Shown: in pieces, positions 40,171 through 53,067 of the stretch | How positions within the stretch are numbered: the first letter of the stretch is position 1 | Layout: each line of letters starts with the position of its first letter | Origin: Octopus sinensis | Lineage: Eukaryota | Length of the DNA stretch: 64,000 nucleotides | Direction: 5' to 3' | NCBI RefSeq assembly: GCF_006345805.1 | Contig: NC_043005.1 | Location: forward strand, 1,178,001-1,242,000 | Program-made: the position numbers and the translations under genes | Notes under the pieces: model-generated | The model's database searches: none | What the model was told of the DNA's origin: nothing | The model's input: only the letters and a program-made list of their open reading frames with translations

Positions 40171-43100
40171 AGAGAGAGATAAGGATACAGGAAAACTTGA
40201 GAGAGGAAGAGGGAGACTTTAGTCATTGCAACGAGCATCTAAAGGTAGCAGTGCAAAGTTAGAGTCAGTGGAAGTGTTAGAAACATTCAGTATCACTGCA
40301 AAGGGAATCGTGTTCTTTGAACTCTTTAAAACACACACACACACAACACAAAACACTGCACAATTTCTTCAATACCTATTGGTAATTTCCTTAATGAAAC
40401 AAGATCTAATCACTGAGAGGCAGAAAACTTTGTGTCACATTGGACAACATATAAAACCAAGAACCAACTTGGACATTTTCTATATTGGCAGGTTCACTGC
40501 TAGACTGTAGACCATGTTACAATCTACATATTCCATTGAATCTATGTGGTACCCCAAATTTAAAGGCCTCTAGTCAAATTATTTTCACATAGCTAGTGCA
40601 ACAATGCCAAGTTAAAATATAGACCAATGATCAAGCTCTTCAAGTTGAAACATTCCCAGAATTGTCCACAAAGTTTTTTTGTCTTTTTAATTGTTTGCAA
40701 TGGGAGCAGTATTAATACCAAAAGGTGATCTTTACATCCAACTCAACATGAAATGCTGTGTTGTTAGCCTTGAGGGATCCTCTCATAGAGGAACTTGGTG
40801 CATAAGAGCACAAACACAGATTGTCACAAAGGAGAATCGTCTGTCAAGGGGCAGTGGAATTCCCATATCCTGCAATTTCATTCTACAGGAAATCAGCAGT
40901 GGGAAGCATCCAGTCAAATCTCAAAGACATGATCTATGTGTGTGTTTTTACATAGCAGGCACCCGTATGATAGGATCTCTCAAGGCTAAACAAGACATCC
41001 ATGTAAAGGTTTTATTGTTGAAAAACAAACTTCTATAACAGGGTTTTAATTTACTTTTGGTTCTAGTGTGTGACGTTCAAAATTAGAGATATGCTCATAA
41101 ACTAATATAAAATAAGTAATAATTCTGAACTTGATGGGAGAAAATGTCTCCTGAGTAAAAAGAAACAATGTTTACAATCATTCTGCCAGATTTACTGCTT
41201 ATGAATCATTCCAAGAGAACCATTGCAAAGATGATGAACAATGGTTTTGGTTTGAATGTTTGTTTTACTATTGTGCAGGTTGTTTATTTTATTAAATGTA
41301 ATGAATACATAGTCTGTTGTATAGTGAATGTTGTGTAATTCACAATGATTTCATCAGATGAAGCTGTAGGCAAACTTGGCACAAACCTTGATTAATTTCA
41401 GAGGTTGAGTATTGACAAATGCCAAAGTCTCATTGCTATACTGGAATTTCATGCTACAGGTGTAGACAATCTGTTTGTTTAGTTATGTCAGACACACACA
41501 CACATACACCACAGAACCTCTCCAGAACTAGGCATCAATAGCTAAGTATTGTCCAAGCTTAATAAGATTATCTATGAAGAAAACCAAACAATACCAGTGA
41601 AAGTAATCTCCACAAACAAAAAACAAAAACATCTTTGAATTCCCAAATAATTTCCTCTTTACTGGAGTGAAAGATACAACTGAGAGTAGCCAGACTGAGA
41701 GAAAATAATTCACAAACAAGCCTAACAAATATGTCTTGCCATCATCAACGACTGAATGAATATCAGTATGGTGTTGATACCTATTCAACGTAGCAGTGTC
41801 AAAAGTGTTCAAAACATAAACACTGCCCAGAAATCAGTAGTAAACAGCAAGAGTGAAACATTAATGTAGTGTCTCCATTAAGCCAACACCTGCTCGTTAC
41901 TACTACTGACAATATATACACTTACAAAAATATATATACACATGCATATATATAGTGTGTATGTGTGTGTGTGCAAGGGTCAATAAACTTTCATAGCATT
42001 TAGATTACTCAGTCAAATAAAATGCTTATTTGTTTCTATCGTTTTGAATTCATCCTGCGTTATCTTGTAGCTTAGCGATATTGATGTGATTGTATATTTT
42101 TAGAATGACATTGTAGGGTAGGTGTGAGAGGCTGGATCAAGCTGGTGTAAACATACAACAGGCAGAATATTTTGGCCAGACATGGATGGTTTAAATACAA
42201 AAGGGCCAAGTTGTGTGGCAAGTATATAAATGGCCCCGAATGTTGTTAATCTTAACCAAACTAACACTTACAGTTAAAATATTTCAGTGAAATTGAGATT
42301 TTTATCAGTAAATTACAATTGATATTTTACCCCGTGAAAGAAGCTGTGATTATCATGTACTCAGGGTAGAAGAGAATGCTTTTTATGTCTGAATGCACCA
42401 GGTTAGGATAGGTGGAAGCCACATTAAATCTAGAAAACACTTAAAGGATAAGATCACTCTAGAACTGTTTAACTGTATACTGAACAGTAAAGGGTCTATA
42501 GAGAATTAGTAATATATTCCTTGGTGCTGGTATTCAGCAAGACTAGTGTAAGAAGATTTGGAAAGCTAGGATTCCCTGAAAGAGTATTTGCTTGAGATTT
42601 AGGTGCAATATATTCTAAGAAAAAAAATGCATTTCTGGTTTGTATTGATTCTCTAAGATTTTAGAGAAAAAGTTTGTATTTTTAAACCCCACTCAACAAT
42701 AAATTTGAATGGTTTTTTTTTTCCAATACCAGTGAAATCTGTATTGTATTATTGTGAGGGGATTACAGCTGTGGTTCTTGCAATAGTATAAGGATTTTAT
42801 GAATAATGTTACAACAGTGAATAGGTTTAACACATTGTATTTTATAACAAGATGATAGATGAGTGTTATGGGAAGGACTATTCAATGTACTACAAATATA
42901 AAGTTGCAATTGAAGACAACTAAGGCAATGAGAATGTTTTGATTGTGGATATGTCTTAGCATTTAAAATACTTGAACATTTATTGGTAACCACGTGCTGC
43001 ATTTAGTAGGGCAACACAGGAAGCTTTCTTACTGCTTCTCAGGTTAATCAAAAAGTCTCCATTTTTTTTATTGATAAGTAGACTTATTACTGAGCCCTTT

Positions 43101-43259
43101 CTGGGCAAAATTGTCACAAGTAATGAAAAGAGGGCCCTCTATAATTATATGCGATGAAAACAGTAGTTAGCAGCCAATGAAAAAGGAGAATCAATTCCTA
43201 AGTCAGGACTCCACCTGAAGAAAGTTATGTTGTGTGTGTGTGTGTCTCTAGTGGGATAT

Positions 43260-43790
43260 GAAGAACATTGTCTCTCATGAAGAACATCAAATCAAAACAA
43301 TTAATGGAGAGGAGTCAATTGTTGTCAATTGGAAGCATTGCACTAAAACATTTGCAAGAAAACGGTCCAACAGCGATTGTTTGTGTATTTGCTCTTGCAG
43401 AATATTGCAAGGAGCACACATCTTGCCAAAGTCATTCAAGAAAAGATTACGCTATTAAATATGGAGGTTTGGCTTCATCCACCTTACTCTTTCTTCTAAC
43501 CCTTTCCCCAACCGACTTATTATCCTTTCAGTTTATTGTAATTAAGAGGGAAAACAACTGTAATATTATTTATTAATTGGGAAGAGGTTAAAGAAGATGT
43601 TGAGTGTTTCTTTGCTTGGAAACCTGAAGAATTTTACACCCAATTGATTGACAGTTTGCCAGATGGATAGGACTGTATTACCAATAACGAGAGGAAATAT
43701 TATCTTGATTAAATATAATCAATTAAGGAAAAATAAGCATTTGTTTCTTTCTCATCTTGAAATGTGACAAGACATTCTTTCCAACCCTAA
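43260..43790 (+). mobile_element. Mariner relic (3' half)
   Basis: HPPYS-like CATCCACCTTACTCT and PTDY-like CCAACCGACTTAT; TIR-like CTTTCCAACCCTAATA. Confidence 0.55.
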
Positions 43791-43975
43791 TATGTGCACA
43801 TGAACACATACATGTATGAGTGTATGCATGGATATGAATGCTTCTATCTACATAAAGATAAATCTAAAAATAACCAAATATTAAATTGAAGAATCACTAA
43901 ATGCTATTGTACTTTGTAGGAGAAGAACATATTTTGTAGAAGCTGAATCTTTGGTCACTATCAACCTTTTTCTTG

Positions 43976-44010
<35 letters not shown>

Positions 44011-44215
44011 TAGATAAATGAATTATCTTATTACGGATAATTTGAAAGATAACCGATACCTGGGTAGCAAACTCACAACAGAAAGAACACGATTGAAGTT
44101 ACGACCATAGGGCATATACTCCGTGCCTTAGTGCGGAAATTTGAAGTTTAATTTAATATAATAAGTATAGGAAAGAATGGAGCTGAGCGAAGATTTAACA
44201 AAATTCCTTTATTTT

Positions 44216-44301
44216 ATTTTCGACATATGTTTCGAAGTCTGCAAAATTCCTAATTCCGAATGAATAAGGAGTCCATTATGCAGCTTTCTCTTCAGGAAAA
44301 T
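44216..44301 (-). ncRNA. Type I hammerhead ribozyme at the PLE 3' end
   Basis: Minus strand: ATTTTC-CTGAAGA-GAAAGCTGCA...TGCAGACTTC-GAAA-CATATG-TC-GAAAAT. It has a 6-bp stem I and palindromic ACATATGT. Confidence 0.8.
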
Positions 44302-44873
44302 CCAGGAACTTCTTTCGCCAACAAAATGCACAACAAGTTTTTAGATGACAGCTCACGAGGAGCCCATAGCGATAATGATAAATAATGTCTATTTATAGGG
44401 GGTGACGTCAGATTGGCTGAATGTAGGAGAAACTGGCAGTTAATAGAGTTCAAGGGTTCAATCGAGTTTGGAGAAGGAAGGTAAAAGAATATTAAGGTGA
44501 GGGAATGCATTCTGTTTGACTGGTGTTTATATTTGATTTATTTTATGAATGAGTGCTCGTATGTATGAGTGTGTATAATTGCCTTAACGTGTGTGTGTGT
44601 GTGTGTGTGTGTGTCTGTGAATGCGTGATTGTGTGTGTAGAAGGCTGACAGAAAATTAACAGTCAGGAGGTGAAAGGACTGTGTCTGTGTGTTCGAATGT
44701 GTCAACTTAAGAGGGAGTGGGCAGAGAGGGCCCACAATAGTAGTGACAAGAGACGAGGGGACTACTGGAATTGGTGGCAGCTCTTAGCAATTATGAGAAA
44801 ATCTTATAAACTAAAGGGCTGAGATATCACAAATTAATTTTGTAGGAAATCCAGGGGTTATCTATATTAGACT

Positions 44874-45845
44874 TCATTGGTATGAGTGAAAGGTATGCTT
44901 TTTCCAGTGTAAGCATCTGAAAGATCTCTCGACAATCGAGTTTATTACTTGGCCTCGGGCTAACAGAATATGAAAGAGTTCGGAATTACAGAGGGCACTG
45001 ATTTTTCTGCCCTTATCAAACGGTAAGGACACCGACAATATTGACCATTCCAGCGTAAAAGTTGTATTTGCGTTCTTCAAATGCCAGACTAATTTGCTTA
45101 GCCCCGTGGTGTGCTGTTTACTCTTATCTCTGAACGTGGAAAAATGATTGGAGACCCTTGTGGCTAATTTAGAGGAGGTTGCGCCAATATAGAGGTAGAC
45201 ATCGGATCCAGTAGAAATTTTGCACTGGTAAGTGGTGTTTCTAATTTTAGAGTTATTTGATAAGAACCTTAATCTATTGGGATTAGTTTCCAATACTAAT
45301 ACAGCATTTTTATTTCTATGATGGGTGTAAAAATTACTGCTGGATTTGGGCACGATACTATTCATCCTATTTTCATTACTATTTAAGGCAATATCACCTG
45401 CACATTCCCTGTTTCTGGGAATGCTGTGATTGTTATTGTCCGTAAAACTACTGTTGTTAAGAACGCTGCTACTATTATTGTTGAGACTCCCCCCGTTAAT
45501 GTCCTGGCCAGTGCTCTTATCCTTATTACTATTGTTAACGCCAATGCTGCTATGAAGGCTGCTAATATCTGTGCTATTTCTATTATTATTATTATTATTA
45601 CTATATGTTACGTTGGAATTTGACAGGGCGGTGTCTCTGCTCATGGGTGATGAGACCTTATTTAGCAGCTTATTGTTATGGGAGGCAATTATCTGTGAGA
45701 GATTTTTAGTATTTGAGAAATCAATCCTTACTTTGTGCGAATTTATAGTGGAGTAATATCTCGAATTTCTGGGGAAATTCCTGGCAATGGCTTGGCGAAA
45801 CTGTAAAGGGAGATTAGATCCGATTTGTTTCCCAAAAGGAGTCAC
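44874..45845 (-). CDS. PLE ORF C-terminus with GIY-YIG endonuclease and a long Asn/Ser-rich linker (transposon-derived, truncated)
   Basis: 323-aa open frame; the GIY-YIG Tyr, Arg, Glu and Asn positions appear retained. Confidence 0.75.
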   Translation of the reverse strand: MTPFGKQIGSNLPLQFRQAIARNFPRNSRYYSTINSHKVRIDFSNTKNLSQIIASHNNKLLNKVSSPMSRDTALSNSNVTYSNNNNNNRNSTDISSLHSSIGVNNSNKDKSTGQDINGGSLNNNSSSVLNNSSFTDNNNHSIPRNRECAGDIALNSNENRMNSIVPKSSSNFYTHHRNKNAVLVLETNPNRLRFLSNNSKIRNTTYQCKISTGSDVYLYIGATSSKLATRVSNHFSTFRDKSKQHTTGLSKLVWHLKNANTTFTLEWSILSVSLPFDKGRKISALCNSELFHILLARGQVINSIVERSFRCLHWKKHTFHSYQ

Positions 45846-46165
45846 AATTAAGGCATTAAGGAATCACATTAAATTCCGGAAGTTGCCCCTTAGGAATGAA
45901 CACCTTAGATACCTCTGCATTTAAGTATTAATATGTGTATGTTTTTCTACATTGTAATTATCACAATATTAAGTTAAAAAACTGTAACATTGAATGTGGA
46001 ACATATATATGTTTATTGATCTATATTATTTATATCATTATGTACATGTATATTTATATGTATAGGAGTATGAGTATATGCACTCAAACGTATATGTATA
46101 TGTTTTATTATGGGTATGTACCCACACCTATATAAGTGTGTATGTAATCTGATTTGTATCACATA

Positions 46166-46292
46166 ATCTCCGAAGAGGCCTTAGGATATTTTTGTAAATG
46201 TCTCATTTATAACTACATATTTACCTACCATAAATGGCTAATATAAGTAAAATGAGACATACTTATCTGCATGGCCGAAACAGCTGTAAGAT
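46166..46292 (+). ncRNA. Type I hammerhead ribozyme with an extended stem II
   Basis: ATCT-CCGAAGA-GGCC...GGCC-GAAA-CAGCTG-TA-AGAT, with palindromic ACAGCTGT and an internal 11-bp hairpin ATGTCTCATTT/AAATGAGACAT. Confidence 0.75.
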
Positions 46293-46502
46293 GTAGTCTA
46301 TATTTATATTTACTTATATTTATATTCTCTTATACATATTGTACTTATTGTATAACATTACTCCTTTATGTACACTGTTTTGTTCTACATTATTATGTTT
46401 GACCTTACAGTTTCTTATGTGGTGGTTTAATAAAGTATGAGATTGGGTATTATCTGGTAATTGATAATTGATTTGGATGTATTTCTCCATTTTCTTATTT
46501 TG

Positions 46503-46529
<27 letters not shown>

Positions 46530-46533
<4 letters not shown>

Positions 46534-46880
46534 GGGTAAGAAGGCTAAAGACCCCCTCTGATCATGAATGACCACAGGACTGCACTTAGAAAGTTACTCT
46601 CCGAAGCACAAATCTGGGTGTGGCTGTTTATGGAAGACCAGCAGTCACCTATGCATACCAGCCCCCACCTCCCTCTCTGTGCTATCAATGTCATCCTAAG
46701 GAAAGGTAAAGGCTGACACAGCTTGGCACCAATGAACATCGCATCTCATTTCTGCAGCTGAATGAACTGAAGCAACAGGAAATAAAGTGTCTTGCTCAAG
46801 AACACACAATACAGTCTGGTCCGGGAAATGAAACTCACTACCTCATGACTGTGAGTCTGACACTCTAACCACAGCATCAT
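46530..46880 (-). mobile_element. Second tRNA-derived SINE family
   Basis: Minus strand GCTGTGGTTAGAGTGTCAGACTCACAGTCATGAGGTAGTGAGTTTCATTTCCCGG (tRNA-like head) and TTCTTGAGCAAGACACTT core-like motif. Confidence 0.65.
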
Positions 46881-49778
46881 GCACACACACACACACACAA
46901 ACATATGAATGTATGTATGTACAAGCATCTAAAAACACTAACAGAACACTGAGGATTTCAAAAGTTGGAAAAATGTGAACATAAACTACACTGCAATCCC
47001 AGCATCATCAACAATATTGACTACAGAGGGCTGTAATGAATTTTAGATAAAATAGAAGATCCCCCCACAAAAAAAAGTGATTAATTCATCGTTATCTCCT
47101 TTATAAAAACCTCAATTAAAGATATTTCTACCAAAAGCCTCCCTGAAACCATTATTTAAAATTTATCTGCAACAACATACCAGCTCAAACTGATGTCACT
47201 CAAATCTCATCAAAGAAACAAATGTTAAAAACTAAGCTAATTTGCAAATACTATTTCAAAACGAATTGAACTGTTGGTCCAGTTTTACAAAGACACACCC
47301 TTCATCACACAGCACAGTAGGAATATGCTACAATAGTTATGATTCAGACAAAAAAATTTCAAATATTTTCTTCATAAATTGAAAAACAGCAAAAAGACCT
47401 TCATTTAACTGGGGAATGATTGGTGTAAAATATAGGCCAAATTAATTAATCTAAAAATAACCAACAAATTTATTACACACAGGTACACACACACACACAA
47501 TATTAGAGATAATCACAGTAAATCTCATCCATCCAAAGAACAGGCAGAAAAGATTCACCAGAAACAAGTCTTTTTGTACACATTATTCCTTTTCTATTAT
47601 CACACAGTATTAAATCCATTCATACTTTGAGTCTACTTTCCAAACAGAGAGAGAAACTTCTTTCCTGTCAAAATAGAGCAGCTCCCAATTATTTCTACTG
47701 TTGGAGACCTTAATCACTTTGCTTAACTAGGACAATATAAGGTTGGCTGGATCTGTTGAAGCACTACTACACAAAATAATTGTCCTTTTAAACATATCTG
47801 TTGTTTTCGGTGCAGCTTATTAATAAATCAACCTTCAACATGGCAAGATCTAGAATCAAAATCGTTTCAGATGTAATCACCTCCTCACTTTTCAAACAGT
47901 AAACTATATACATTATTTACATTTGACGGATATTTGCCCATCTTGTTTGCTGTTAACACAACATTTCTTAAATATAGAACGTTTCCTAAACATAGAACTG
48001 TAGTAAACTCTATTTCTCAATGAATTCTTCTTTGAAGATGACAAGGTGTGATTTGTAGAAGATTTGCTATTCTGAGCAAGTAATGCAACCATATAGAGGT
48101 TCGTCCAATTAGCTTTATAATGAGAAACTACTTTTCTAAAAAAAATGCATCTATTACTGCTTGAAGTCATGTCTGTCTCATTGACAAAACTTTTCCTCTA
48201 GACTGCATGAAACTATTGAATGTATCAAAAGTAGAAATAGGGCAAAGCAGCACAGTTGAACAGATTAGAAACGAGGGACATTTATGGAAGCCTCTACTGC
48301 TCTTTACAACTGAAATGACAAAGACAAGTCTCTCTTAATAGAACTCTAATCAATAGCAGGTCAACATGTTGTACTGTAGAATCATTAATGCCATTTCCCC
48401 AGAACTAAAGTTAATTGTCCAAATATCTCATGATAAAACAAAGTCAACATTTTCACAACAGGAAATATATGTTATATGAAAAAGTATTTTCAGTATTTTC
48501 AGAACAAGTTGACAATCTTGGGAGGAATTTCTGGTTTGAAAAGGAGTTCTAAATTGTGAAGATTTCTAGAACTCTTTCACAAGTCTATAATCTATCAGCC
48601 ATTGTTCAAAATGATATTTAAATATTAAACAGAAAAGACAAGGTCAGCTAGCTATTTAGATGTATTTTTACTTGCTTGCATCAGTGGGGTGGTTTAACAG
48701 ACATTGAAATTTGTATATCTAGTGTATGTGAGAGAGAGAGAGAGAAAAATAATCATTTAAATGCAAAGTTTATGTGATATCCCATTTCTAATTGAAACAA
48801 CTTAAAACAAGTTAATTTAACACATCAGTCCACTAATTTAGTTTTGTAGCAGTTGTAAGATTAACCTCAAAGCTAAGCAACTGATCTTAAAATATCTAAA
48901 ATCTTGTTAAAACAGAACAACTGAGAAGTATATTTAAGAGGATTATTAAACTATTGTTGTATTAATTTTTCTATGCAGGAATGAATAATATGCTTTTCAC
49001 AAATTGGAATATTTTCCATATTTGAGAAAGATATTTTATAAATAGACATTCTCTATACATCTTTCTGCTGGGATAGACATAAGTTTCAAGAGTTCTGTTC
49101 TCTGTTTCAGGTCACTAAAAGTCACAATGCTTATCCCTGATGTTATTTTCTCCATCACAAAGTGAAAATAGCATCTATTTACAAGATCCTTCAAGGACAG
49201 CAAATTTTGCACTTGAGACCATGAGATCAGCAGCAGCAGCCCAACACCTTAATCTTGCAGACACTGCAGTTTATATTTAGCCAATATTTGTATCTATGTA
49301 GGCAGACTAATAACAAACAAAATCAGGTAGTTTAGTAGAATTTTAAAAACATTTTTCCGGTTAGTAAGAAAAAAAAAGAAGTTGATGTGTGACGAGAAGA
49401 TTTCTTTGTCAGACAAAATCAGGGTGGAATTGTGTGCAGTGAAGAAGCATTTAGAATATTGAAGAGAGGCATGAAGCAGAACAGCTTTGAAGGCTGGCAA
49501 AATGTTAAGTTCTTCACAATCCATCAATAAGATAAAAAATGAAGTGGCTTAATGAAAGCAGTTTAGATAGAAGCCAAGATATATATATAGAGAGGGGGGG
49601 TTAGATAAAAAAAAGAAGAAAAGAATGAAGATTGGTTTTCTTTCACAGATGATAGTTTTTTAATTGAGCAAGTTGAGTTAAGTGTCTTGTTCAGGAACAC
49701 ATACATAATGCTTGTAACAACAAGATACAAACTCATGACCCACAAGTCTAATATGTTAACCATTCAAGAGTCTGCTTC

Positions 49779-49816
<38 letters not shown>

Positions 49817-49937
49817 GTCTCAAATTCTGAAACAAGACCAACAAATTTCAAGGGAGAAATTGAAATCACAATCTTGTGATCATGAGTGCAACAACCTAAC
49901 CAGTTGGCTATGCACCTTCATAAAGATGATGATGATG

Positions 49938-49987
<50 letters not shown>

Positions 49988-50059
49988 TGTTTCTAATTTA
50001 GGCTCAAGGCCAACAATTTTGAGAGGAAAAAACATTAGACCAGAGACTGCAACAGCTTG

Positions 50060-50335
50060 TGTTTCAATGGCCCACAACTCTTCAATATGCTCTCACAAAG
50101 CCTGTGAGACCTCCATGGGGTGAATTTAGGTGTTTAGAATAAAACTGGATCTCTTCCTGTCAAGAGTTCCGAATGAACCTACCTCAAGGTAAGAAATGCA
50201 GATGAGGGCAGTAACATCAGACTCCCTCATTCATAAAAAGGCACATATCAAAGGAGGTTTAGTGAAAGTGTAGTAAAGCCAATGGCAGTGCCCCAGCATG
50301 GCCACAGCTTTCATCTCAACTTGAAACTAGTAAAA
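50060..50335 (+). mobile_element. CR1/L2-group LINE 3' fragment
   Basis: GPQLFNML...KLDLFLSRVPNEPTSR, then GGCAGTGCCCCAGCATGGCCACAGC. Confidence 0.75.
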
Positions 50336-50415
50336 AACACAGCATAACAGAACACACATATATATATCCAAACTGAATGAATGGAACAGGTAAAATCCAG
50401 GTTACATATGTTTCT

Positions 50416-51673
50416 TACAAGCTGGTATCAAAATGTTCCCAGATTAGTTTTGTAGTGCACCAACAGATGGCAGCACATGGTTGTGTAAGCAGCGAGAGCT
50501 AGCAGTGACTTTCATGGTTGTGTTTACTTTGCAAGTTGTGAAATTTATGTTTTTGTGTAGTCTGTGGTTTTGTCATGGACAGGAGGTCGGATCAAGAAGC
50601 CGATATGAAATTTTGCATTAAACTGAGGAAATCTGCTAGAGACATTGAGCATGCTTCGGTAAGCTTATGGCAACGAGGCAATGGGTTGTACACAATGTTC
50701 TGAGTGGCACAGGTGCTTCAAAAGTGGAAGAATGTCCCTGGAAGACAACAAGCAATCTGGAAGACCTGCCATGAGTGTCAGCCTTGGAATTGTGGAGCAA
50801 ATTCATCAGTTTGTGCATGAGGATCATTGGAGGACAATCAATGGCATTGCTGATGCTGTTGGTCTATTGTATGGGTCTGTGCAGGCAACCGTAACATCTG
50901 AATTGAACATTCAGATGTCTCTGCCAAGTCTGTCCTCTGCTGCTGACCAATGAGCACAAAGAACATCATGTTGAAGTCTGTCAGGATCTCTGTAAGCATC
51001 CCACTGATGACCTGTCCTTCACATTGAGAATCAATACTGGTGATGAGAGTCGGATCTACAGGTACAACCCTGAGACGAAGTAGCAGTCATCACAATGGAA
51101 GGGCCCTTCATCTTTACAAGCAAAGAAGGCACGGCAGAACCACAGCTCAATCAAAAGTATTTTCATCATTTTTTTTTTTGACATCAGCTGTGTTGTGTAT
51201 TGAGAATTCTCCCCCAAGGGCCAGACTATCAACTGAGAGTTCTACTGTAACGTTTTCAAGCATTTGAAGGAGGACATCTGACAGGAGCAACTGGATTTGA
51301 GGAGAATTGGATTCTTCACAACAACAATGCACACTGACACTGAGTTCTCCCTCAAAACAACATGGTATCACTTCTGCACTCACCCCACCCATTCACCAGA
51401 TTTAGCACCTGCAGAATTCCATCTCATCCCCAAGATGAAAATGCAGCTCAAAGGTTTTAATACCGTTGTTGAGATCCAGAGAAAATTGCAGAAGGTTCTC
51501 AACTTATGGAAAACAACTTCCAGGCTGGATTCTAAAAGTGGCAACAATGCTGGGACCGGTATATTGCTGCGATATACCGGTATATTCCGAAGGAGATGAT
51601 GTTAAAACTTAAGCAAATTTTTTTTTTTTTATTAAACACAACTAGTCTGGAAACTTTTTGATACCACCTCATA
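50416..51673 (+). mobile_element. Full-length decayed mariner (DD34D) with both TIRs
   Basis: TIRs TACAAGCTGGTATCAAAATGTTCCCAGATTA and TAGTCTGGAAACTTTTTGATACCACCTCATA; motifs SGRP, TGDES, HNNNAH and HSPDLAPAEFHL. Confidence 0.85.
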
Positions 51674-51960
51674 GCTGGTTGATTCTCTGATGTAATAATT
51701 ATTCAATGAGAGGTACTTGGCAAAGCTATTCATCAGGCCAAGAATATCTTGAGTACATGAAGGTTGCATTGTCATTTGGGAATCCCAAGTTAACTCACTG
51801 CAGATCTGAGTTAAACATGAGTGGTGAAGCCATAACAAATGTAATAAAAATTGTTACTGTTCCTGACTACACTGGACCCTTTTTGTTTTCTCTCTTTGCT
51901 ACAAACTGATGAAGCTTACTAACTTCCTACACTTGGATTCCTGGATTTTACCCTTGTATA

Positions 51961-52156
51961 TATGAGTGGCTGCTGAAAAGTTCCTGGTTTTGGGCAAAAG
52001 AAAATACAGGGGATCATTTAATTATGATTTTATTGAACATATTCCCCTCTCAGATTCACATGTCTACTGCAGGGGTCCTTCAGTTTTTCTAAGCCCTGTA
52101 AAAGAACTCGGAAGGTTGGGCATCCGTAAAACCAGGAACTTTTCAGTACTCTCCTA
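51961..52156. mobile_element. Mariner-derived MITE (~195 bp)
   Basis: TIRs TATGAGTGGCTGCTGAAAAGTTCCTGGTTTT and AAAACCAGGAACTTTTCAGTACTCTCCTA. Confidence 0.7.
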
Positions 52157-52195
52157 CACATGTATGTGTGTATATACACACACACACACACATAC

Positions 52196-52226
<31 letters not shown>

Positions 52227-52502
52227 CTATTGCATCCAACTACGGTCACCACACAGTACAAAGTTAATGTTGGAACTCTAAGCAATCTAGTGGAACTATA
52301 CAAAGAAAAATGTCTCAATGTAATGTCTCTGCTACTGGGGAAGGCTGAAAAAGTTTAGACTCTACTTCCTAGAGTGAAGGCAGGAAAGGTATGCAGAGAT
52401 ATACGTATGGGAAATCTTGGAAGGACTTGTACAAAACTGGCTTTGAAAGTTATATAAACACATCCGTGTTAGGGTTCTATTATAGCAGGTATATATTAAA
52501 TG

Positions 52503-53032
52503 AGAGGAAAAACCAAAACCAAGGCAGAACGAGTATCTCAAGTCATTTAGAATATTTTAATTAGGGTAAGTTGAATTTTCAGACTTACAGCCATTTCTGA
52601 GGTGACCTAAGTGGTTGGTTAGCATGTCTATGCACTGGGTATTCCATCATCAGAGACAAGGTATGAATATTTTAGACGGGAAAAATTTACAGTTTACAAG
52701 GAATAAAATTCACAGTTTATAAGGAATAAAATAGAAGAATAAAGAGTAAAAGTAGTTAGAAGAATAATGTTCACAACTTGTCTTTTTCCAAAGAATATGG
52801 ATGTAGGTTGGTACTTCCATGAAGGTACAAGTTTTTAGTTAAAATACATCATTCAGAACACAGCCAAAATATTGCCTGGATATTACCTGGGAATGCCCTG
52901 TGCATGGACATGCTAACCAACCAGTTGGATTATCCCAGAAACAGTTGTAAGACTTCAAATTCACCTTACTCTAATTAAATTATTGTAAATTACTTGAGAT
53001 ACTTGTTCTGCCTTGGTTTTGATTTTACCTCT
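52503..53032. repeat. 143-bp inverted repeat pair derived from a PLE terminus, with a degenerate hammerhead
   Basis: 52503-52645 versus 52890-53032 are imperfect reverse complements. The left arm on the minus strand has GTCT-CTGATGA...GAAATGGCTGTA; the right arm has GAAACAGTTGTAAGAC. Confidence 0.7.
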
Positions 53033-53067
53033 AATACTATATAAATATATAAATATATATATATATA

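Larger units (their letters stand above)
43990..45900 (-). mobile_element. Naiad-type Penelope-like element, 3' part (thumb, linker, GIY-YIG, 3' terminal region with hammerhead)
   Basis: ORF 44874-45845: TPFGKQIG...NFP...SHNNKLL (post-RT region), TYQCKI...LYIGAT...RVSNH...LSKLVWHLK...LCNSE...CLHWKKH. Confidence 0.85.

Noticed and set aside
45846-45870. In-frame TGA upstream of the PLE ORF as selenocysteine (reported for some Naiad elements)
   Set aside because: It is a single TGA at the truncation edge, and no SECIS could be identified by eye.
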